Virus record (IMG/VR): IMGVR_UViG_3300012942_000021 | Coordinates: 1 to 40,947 of that record | Reading direction: 5' to 3' (one strand) | Origin: a virus | Taxonomy: Duplodnaviria; Caudoviricetes | Length of the DNA stretch: 40,947 nt | In this document: positions 36,008-40,947 of the stretch, one piece after another | How the letters are laid out: each line of letters begins with the position of its first letter | Numbering within the stretch: position 1 is the first letter of the stretch | The notes under the pieces: generated by a model | The model's input: only the letters and a program-made list of their open reading frames with translations | Databases searched by the model: none | Told to the model about the DNA's origin: nothing | Made by a program: the position numbers and the translations under genes

Positions 36008-36196
36008 ATGCTTGTTTTAACAAGACGTGTAACAGAATCAATCATCATCGGCGACCACGTGATTGACATTACAATACTGGGTATCAAAGGCCATCAAGTG
36101 CGCTTAGGCATTAATGCTCCGAAAGAAATACGTGTTCACCGTCATGAAATTTATCAGAGAATACAGCAAGAGGAAGCCAGGAAGGAAAAGTCATGA
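36008..36196 (+). CDS. csrA: carbon storage regulator CsrA/RsmA homolog
   Basis: MLVLTRR...ESIIIGD...[23 protein letters not shown]. Confidence 0.96.
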   Translation: MLVLTRRVTESIIIGDHVIDITILGIKGHQVRLGINAPKEIRVHRHEIYQRIQQEEARKEKS

Positions 36197-36426
36197 TTGA
36201 AAGCAAACGCCATGACTTTGAATGTTGCAAGTGCGGTCATGAGATGCAACTAGCAGAGTCTATTGCAATGGAGCACGGTTTAAGAATTGGGCACGGATCA
36301 TGCTTAAAGTGTAAAACTTTCTTGCATTTTTGTTTAAAGAAGTCAGGAATAGTTAAGGTTAGGACATGGAAAAGATTTATGCAGATTTTAAATAGAATTA
36401 AAAGAGGACGGCATGACAAACCATAA
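36193..36426 (+). CDS. Zn-ribbon hypothetical protein
   Basis: CCKC...CLKC; ATGA overlap. Confidence 0.65.
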   Translation: MIESKRHDFECCKCGHEMQLAESIAMEHGLRIGHGSCLKCKTFLHFCLKKSGIVKVRTWKRFMQILNRIKRGRHDKP

Positions 36427-36631
36427 TCTATTACGAGCCATCCAAGACTATAGCAATCTTGGTTATATGCAAGGCGAAGTGGTTGGAAGCAGAACGCTTA
36501 CGCTTAAAGAATCAAGAGAAGAAATAGGTATAAGGCGTTTTATGAAGTTTGCAGAAATTGTCAACATATTAAAGCAATTAGCACCGACTAAAATTGATAA
36601 AGAATTAAATAGAGGAAATTATGGCGATTAA
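36413..36631 (+). CDS. hypothetical protein
   Basis: GAGGA RBS. Confidence 0.65.
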   Translation: MTNHNLLRAIQDYSNLGYMQGEVVGSRTLTLKESREEIGIRRFMKFAEIVNILKQLAPTKIDKELNRGNYGD

Positions 36632-36848
36632 AGTTGAATTTATTGATAATTTTAAAAATAAAGTGCAGCCAACGTATCCATGTTTAAAGTTTCATAAACA
36701 TACAAATTCTATCGCATTATTCGTTAAGGCTAACAACGCACTAATACTTTCAGGCAATAATGGTAGTGAGGTGGGAACGTATAGAGAAATTCTTCTCGAA
36801 AGTGAATGGACAAAATATGAAGAGCAAATTGCTATAAAAAATTATTAA
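36621..36848 (+). CDS. hypothetical protein
   Basis: GAGGA RBS. Confidence 0.7.
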   Translation: MAIKVEFIDNFKNKVQPTYPCLKFHKHTNSIALFVKANNALILSGNNGSEVGTYREILLESEWTKYEEQIAIKNY

Positions 36849-36852
36849 AGGT

Positions 36853-37065
36853 TTGACAGCGCGCACATTTACTTAAACTAGTTGAATTAGCTTTTGTGTG
36901 TGCTGTCGATAGATTCTGCGGCTGGGTGTGAACGTACCTAAAGGTTTTAAAATCCGCATACCACAATGAGGCAGCTAACGAATGGCGCTTGATAGTGCAG
37001 TGTAATCGAGGCAATGGGAGCACAGAGGCACTAGACCCATGACAGCCGGAGAGACGGCAAAGAAT
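36853..37065 (+). ncRNA. candidate structured RNA 3
   Basis: GACAGCGCGCACA/TGTGTGTGCTGTC hairpin; multi-stem domain (TGCGG/CCGCA, CTTGAT/ATCGAG, ATGGG/CCCAT, GCCG-GAGAGA-CGGC) closed by ATTCT/AGAAT. Confidence 0.6.
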
Positions 37066-37088
37066 TAATTAACTGAGGAGAAAAATAA

Positions 37089-37493
37089 ATGTCAATGATA
37101 GAAGTAAAAAAAGAGCTCGTGGATGGGATAGTAAAAGATATCGTTAAAGCACAGGTATTAACTGGCCTGGCAGAACAGAAAGAAAAGATAATGGAAGAAA
37201 TGATTACCTTGGCTTTATTTCAAAAATGCGATTCAGAAGGAAAGGTTAGCGGTTATTCCAGTGATAACAAATACACAATTGTTGATATTCTATTTAGAAG
37301 AGCTGTATTTGAAGCGGCCAAAGAAGCCATTACTGAATATGTTAAAGATAACAAAAAAGACCTTGTTAAAAACCTGAAGTCCAGAATCGCAAAAAGTCCG
37401 AATAAATTTGTAGATATGATGTTTAAAGGAATGGAGGACTCTCTGGAGTATGAATGGAATTTCAAAATAAATGTTTTGGAATCTGATGATTAA
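37089..37493 (+). CDS. hypothetical protein
   Basis: GAGGAG RBS, 134 aa. Confidence 0.8.
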   Translation: MSMIEVKKELVDGIVKDIVKAQVLTGLAEQKEKIMEEMITLALFQKCDSEGKVSGYSSDNKYTIVDILFRRAVFEAAKEAITEYVKDNKKDLVKNLKSRIAKSPNKFVDMMFKGMEDSLEYEWNFKINVLESDD

Positions 37494-37557
37494 ATGGCTA
37501 AAGACGCGCCATTATCCACTGAAATACCACTGGGTGCGTCGACTTATTAGAGTAAAT

Positions 37558-37740
37558 ATGTACAGAATTAAATTTAAAAATCAGTACGGAAATATAACTA
37601 TTTTAGATTTTGATAGTTGGGATAGCATGATGATGGGATTATGTTTAGTAACTCAAAGTATTGGCAAAACAGAAAGCTTTGAAAGGCTAGAGCTTAAAAT
37701 AACTAAAATAAAGAAGATTAATCCTGACTACAAATTTTAA
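37558..37740 (+). CDS. hypothetical protein flanked by 19-bp direct repeats
   Basis: ATG follows the repeat GTGCGTCGACTTATTAGAG. Confidence 0.6.
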   Translation: MYRIKFKNQYGNITILDFDSWDSMMMGLCLVTQSIGKTESFERLELKITKIKKINPDYKF

Positions 37741-37766
37741 TGTGCGTCGACTTATTAGAGGTGAGT

Positions 37767-38054
37767 ATGACAATTACGATAGATAAAGAATGTATAGAAA
37801 AAGAAGCGAAAATTAGGATATGGCAAGCCGTAAGATATCCAGAGCGAGCAAGATTAGCTGTTGAATCAATTATATCTGATATTTGTGATCGCGGCGGCAT
37901 GAAACACCTTTGGGGCGATATAGATGCTGATATTCGCTATGAAATAGTAGAAACGTGGGTAAAAATTATTGACATAATTTTTGATAGTGATTTTGATGTT
38001 AATGAATTATTAGAGGAGCGCAAAAAAGAACTAGAAAAACCGCGTTCTAAGTAA
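37767..38054 (+). CDS. hypothetical protein
   Basis: GAGGTG RBS. Confidence 0.75.
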   Translation: MTITIDKECIEKEAKIRIWQAVRYPERARLAVESIISDICDRGGMKHLWGDIDADIRYEIVETWVKIIDIIFDSDFDVNELLEERKKELEKPRSK

Positions 38055-38079
38055 ACGAACAGCCCATAATTATTAAGAG

Positions 38080-38280
38080 GTGAGTATGAGCAAATACGAA
38101 GAATTAAAAAAAGTCATCAAAGAATATGAGAGTGATACATTCTACGGTGGCGATTTAACTGATGAACAAGTAACTATTATAGCTGATGGGTTAATAGAAA
38201 ATTTAATCAATAACTACCTGGATGGCGTGATGTTGTCAATAATTTACGAGCAAAACTTTGACGAAGACGATGAAGAGTAA
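38080..38280 (+). CDS. acidic hypothetical protein
   Basis: GAGG RBS. Confidence 0.7.
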   Translation: MSMSKYEELKKVIKEYESDTFYGGDLTDEQVTIIADGLIENLINNYLDGVMLSIIYEQNFDEDDEE

Positions 38281-38353
38281 ACGAACAGCCTCGCCAGCAA
38301 TCCTATTGTTTGTGTTGCTCTAAGCTGGTTGGGGCTACTGATTGAGGTTATTA

Positions 38354-38827
38354 ATGGAAAAAGAAATACTAGACGCTTGCTGCGGCGCAAAAATGTTTTG
38401 GTTTGATAAAAACAACCCAGACGTATTATTTTGTGACAACAGAAAGGAAGAACACATTTTATGTGACGGTAGAAAGCTAGAAATAAATCCTGACGTTGTG
38501 ATGGATTTTAGGAGCTTAGAGTTTCCCGATAATCATTTTAAGTTAGTAGTTTTTGATCCGCCTCATTTAACAAGTCCAGGTAAAAATAGTTGGATGGCAA
38601 AAAAGTACGGACGTTTAGACAAAACATGGAGAGAAGATATAAAAAAGGGTTTTGATGAATGCTGGAGGGTGCTAAAAGAAGATGGTGTGCTTATTTTTAA
38701 GTGGTCTGAGCGCAATATTAAAGTAAGTGATATTTTAAAGGTTATAACTAAGACTCCTTTGTTTGGACACAAAACTACTCAGCATAGCACTGTTTGGATG
38801 TGCTTTATGAAAAAGGCTACTAATTGA
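38354..38827 (+). CDS. SAM-dependent (DNA amino-)methyltransferase
   Basis: ILDACCGAKMFWFDK, VVFDPPH, GFDECWRVLK. Confidence 0.9.
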   Translation: MEKEILDACCGAKMFWFDKNNPDVLFCDNRKEEHILCDGRKLEINPDVVMDFRSLEFPDNHFKLVVFDPPHLTSPGKNSWMAKKYGRLDKTWREDIKKGFDECWRVLKEDGVLIFKWSERNIKVSDILKVITKTPLFGHKTTQHSTVWMCFMKKATN

Positions 38828-38836
38828 AGGTGAAGT

Positions 38837-38998
38837 ATGAAAATTGAAAGAGAAAAAATTTATGTTATTAAAGCCTCTGAAAGAGAATTAAAAATATTAA
38901 ATGAAGCTTTATCTTATTTTTTATCGGGAAGACCAGTCCCACAGGACGATGAATTAGACGTGCATCACGCGATAATTGAGGCTTTGAAAGATGCTTAA
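38837..38998 (+). CDS. 53-aa hypothetical protein
   Basis: AAGGTG RBS; open frame. Confidence 0.55.
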   Translation: MKIEREKIYVIKASERELKILNEALSYFLSGRPVPQDDELDVHHAIIEALKDA

Positions 38999-39107
38999 AA
39001 AACTGCTCTGCCGATTTTTACACAAAAAATATCACTGGGTGGTTAAGTGTTTGAAAAATTATTATTTTTGTACGCAGTGTGACAAATGGAGAAAGCCTAA
39101 TGCTTAA
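38991..39107 (+). CDS. 38-aa Zn-finger microprotein
   Basis: MLKKLLCRFLHK...CTQC. Confidence 0.55.
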   Translation: MLKKLLCRFLHKKYHWVVKCLKNYYFCTQCDKWRKPNA

Positions 39108-39222
39108 ACAACTCTTATGCTTGCTAAAAACAGGCCACAAATACAAACCGATTAAATTGTTTCCTTATTTTACCGTATACAAATGTGCTAATTGTGGGAG
39201 GGAGCGGTGTAAGTATGACTAA
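39100..39222 (+). CDS. 40-aa Zn-finger microprotein (DUF1660-like)
   Basis: MLKQLLC...GHKY...CANCG; GGAG RBS. Confidence 0.6.
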   Translation: MLKQLLCLLKTGHKYKPIKLFPYFTVYKCANCGRERCKYD

Positions 39223-39541
39223 AACACACATAGAACCATGCCCGCATTGCGGAGAGAAACCTATTTACGAGGTCGGTAAATCATTTGGCTCACCTAGCGA
39301 GCCCGACGATTATTATGAAAATATTTATTGCAGTAATCCAGCTTGTATACCCTATGAAAGCCTTGAGTGCTGGAATGCTCGCGTTAACAAAGAAGCAGAG
39401 TTTTTGGAAGAGATTAAAACAGACTTAAATCGTTATCGAGTTTATTATTCAAAAAAGTACGGATTAAATATTAATTTTAAGGAATTGATAGAAAAAATAG
39501 AAAAATTCCAAGCTGGAGCTAAAAATGAAAACAGCAGATGA
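39215..39541 (+). CDS. Lar-like (restriction alleviation) Zn-finger protein
   Basis: EPCPHCG...CSNPAC...WNAR pattern. Confidence 0.6.
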   Translation: MTKTHIEPCPHCGEKPIYEVGKSFGSPSEPDDYYENIYCSNPACIPYESLECWNARVNKEAEFLEEIKTDLNRYRVYYSKKYGLNINFKELIEKIEKFQAGAKNENSR

Positions 39542-39680
39542 ATTTTTGGAAGAGTTGAAAGAATTTATTGAGATGAATACTTATAATTATTACTTTATTA
39601 ATGTTGTAGAACCAAAAAAAATAATAGAAAAAATAGAACAATTCCAGGCAGAGCAAAAGGTCAATCATGCCAAAGATTAA
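39525..39680 (+). CDS. 51-aa paralog of the preceding C-terminal domain
   Basis: EFLEELK...IEKIEQFQA. Confidence 0.6.
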   Translation: MKTADEFLEELKEFIEMNTYNYYFINVVEPKKIIEKIEQFQAEQKVNHAKD

Positions 39681-39843
39681 CGATAAAACATATATAAATA
39701 AAGAAGGAAAAATCTGCATGATTTATTGCATTAAGTGCGACAACGAAAATTACGCGCCCGTTGTGTCCGAAGGCTATTGCGCATGGTGTGGATACGATCC
39801 CAATGATAAAGAACAAAAGCAGGTGGGTGATGACAAAAATTGA
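39667..39843 (+). CDS. 58-aa Zn-ribbon protein
   Basis: CIKC...CAWCG. Confidence 0.6.
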   Translation: MPKINDKTYINKEGKICMIYCIKCDNENYAPVVSEGYCAWCGYDPNDKEQKQVGDDKN

Positions 39844-40018
39844 GTTAGAAGAAATCTTTAAAATTATTGATAATGAAATAAGCAAAGCACATAGCGATTT
39901 ATCAAAGTCAAAAATGCCATTTGACCAACAATACTTTATCGGGAAGAAGCATGCACTAAGAGACATTAAAAATAGTATTTATTATCAGAATAGAAATATT
40001 TTGGAGACGAAAGGGTGA
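39830..40018 (+). CDS. hypothetical protein
   Basis: AGGTG RBS. Confidence 0.6.
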   Translation: MTKIELEEIFKIIDNEISKAHSDLSKSKMPFDQQYFIGKKHALRDIKNSIYYQNRNILETKG

Positions 40019-40191
40019 GCGAACAAGAACAAACCAATTGTTGCGATAAACCTGTTCTTGTTCACGATGCTAAGCAAGTCATGTTTGAAGTAGAAAACGC
40101 ATCGTGCTCAAGCAGAAAACCAATGGGCTTTACTGTGGAATGGTGCGAAAGTTGTAAGAAGATAACATTTTTTTCGTATTTAGAACTGTAA
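40015..40191 (+). CDS. 58-aa Cys-containing protein
   Basis: GGAG RBS + GTGA overlap; CC...CESC. Confidence 0.55.
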   Translation: MSEQEQTNCCDKPVLVHDAKQVMFEVENASCSSRKPMGFTVEWCESCKKITFFSYLEL

Positions 40192-40208
40192 TTATTGGAG
40201 GCGGAAGG

Positions 40209-40400
40209 GTGAGAAAATATAATTTAGCAGATTTACCAAGCTTTGAGCATTGCGAAAATGTTAAGCATGACCCTGTAAAAGACATGACGCCGTTAGAGCA
40301 GTTTATTTACAACAATGAACCAGTGGACAATGATTTAGAGTTTAGGTTGGGACTGGTTAAGTTATTAAATTGGGTAATAAGATTGGAGGCGGAAGGGTGA
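40209..40400 (+). CDS. hypothetical protein
   Basis: GGAGG RBS; MTPLEQFIYNNEP. Confidence 0.7.
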   Translation: MRKYNLADLPSFEHCENVKHDPVKDMTPLEQFIYNNEPVDNDLEFRLGLVKLLNWVIRLEAEG

Positions 40401-40582
40401 AACATAGAAGCAAACTAATAATAGCGTATGCAGCGCATTTTTTTATTACTGTTTTGTTAGGTATTGCTTTGGGTTGGTTTATGGACATAAAAGAACATGT
40501 GGTTTTGTTTATTGCAATTGCAGCAATTATAGCCTTGTTTATCGAAAGAATACCTAAATATCTTTTAAGGCGGCTTAAATGA
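40397..40582 (+). CDS. small two-TM membrane protein
   Basis: GGAGG RBS + GTGA overlap; two hydrophobic stretches. Confidence 0.65.
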   Translation: MKHRSKLIIAYAAHFFITVLLGIALGWFMDIKEHVVLFIAIAAIIALFIERIPKYLLRRLK

Positions 40583-40617
40583 AACTCAGCGAACTAATCA
40601 AACAGGAGAATAAATAA

Positions 40618-40947
40618 ATGTCAAAAATTAAAATTGAAATTAAATCGCGTTGGACAGGTTCGATATTATTTGAATATGAAAAAGAAGATAACACGATTAG
40701 AAAAACATTAATTGAAGCTGTTAAAAAAGGCGCAGACCTGGAAGGCGCAGACCTGAAAGGCGCAGACCTGGAAGGCGCAGACCTGGAAGGCGCAAACCTG
40801 AAAGGCGCAGACCTGGAAGGCGCAGACCTGAAAGGCGCAGACCTGGAAGGCGCAGACCTGAAAGGCGCAGACCTGGAAGGCGCAGACCTGGAAGGCGCAA
40901 ACCTGAAAGGCGCAGACCTGGAAGGCGCAGACCTGAAAGGCGCAAAC
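40618..40947 (+). CDS. N-terminal part of pentapeptide-repeat protein (continues into the window start)
   Basis: AGGAG RBS; [21 protein letters not shown]...AVKKG then ADLEG repeats. Confidence 0.9.
   Translation, partial: MSKIKIEIKSRWTGSILFEYEKEDNTIRKTLIEAVKKGADLEGADLKGADLEGADLEGANLKGADLEGADLKGADLEGADLKGADLEGADLEGANLKGADLEGADLKGAN
40732..40947 (+). repeat. 15-bp tandem repeat with a 105-bp higher-order duplication
   Basis: Unit order DE,DK,DE,DE,NK,DE,DK occurs twice. Confidence 0.95.

Larger units (their letters stand above)
1..40947. mobile_element. complete temperate P22-like podophage, excised/circular form
   Basis: Full module set, intact attP with arms on both sides, 111-bp terminal overlap. 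Confidence 0.9.

Noticed and set aside
40721-40945. Minus-strand [13 protein letters not shown]
   Set aside because: Antisense shadow of the pentapeptide gene

Overview
The window appears to be a complete, circularly permuted temperate phage genome of about 40.8 kb: the last 111 nt (40837-40947) repeat the first 111 nt inside one pentapeptide-repeat gene. The host is probably a gammaproteobacterium (inferred from CsrA, spanins and the lambdoid switch). The minus strand carries a P22-like podovirus late region: TerS, TerL, portal, scaffold, coat, gp4/gp10-like tail proteins, three ejection proteins, tail fibres, endolysin, holins and an i-spanin. Upstream on the same strand are cro and O/P-like replication genes. 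The plus strand carries cI, an acyltransferase-3 conversion gene, and a long early operon (YqaJ nuclease and partner, CsrA, methyltransferase, many small cassettes, xis, int) that runs through attP into a further block of genes. Most unusual points: (1) attP holds two different tRNA half-genes, 3' tRNA-Phe and 5' tRNA-Pro. (2) CI has lost both its canonical cleavage site and its catalytic Lys, next to a C4-like RNA-controlled mini-operon. (3) A SymR-like antisense RNA overlaps a gene that is not SymE. (4) Three structured intergenic RNAs each begin right after AAGGTTT. (5) The o-spanin is on the opposite strand from the lysis cassette. (6) A repeated motif upstream of late genes suggests activator control rather than Q antitermination. 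All calls come from reading the sequence; no database searches were run.
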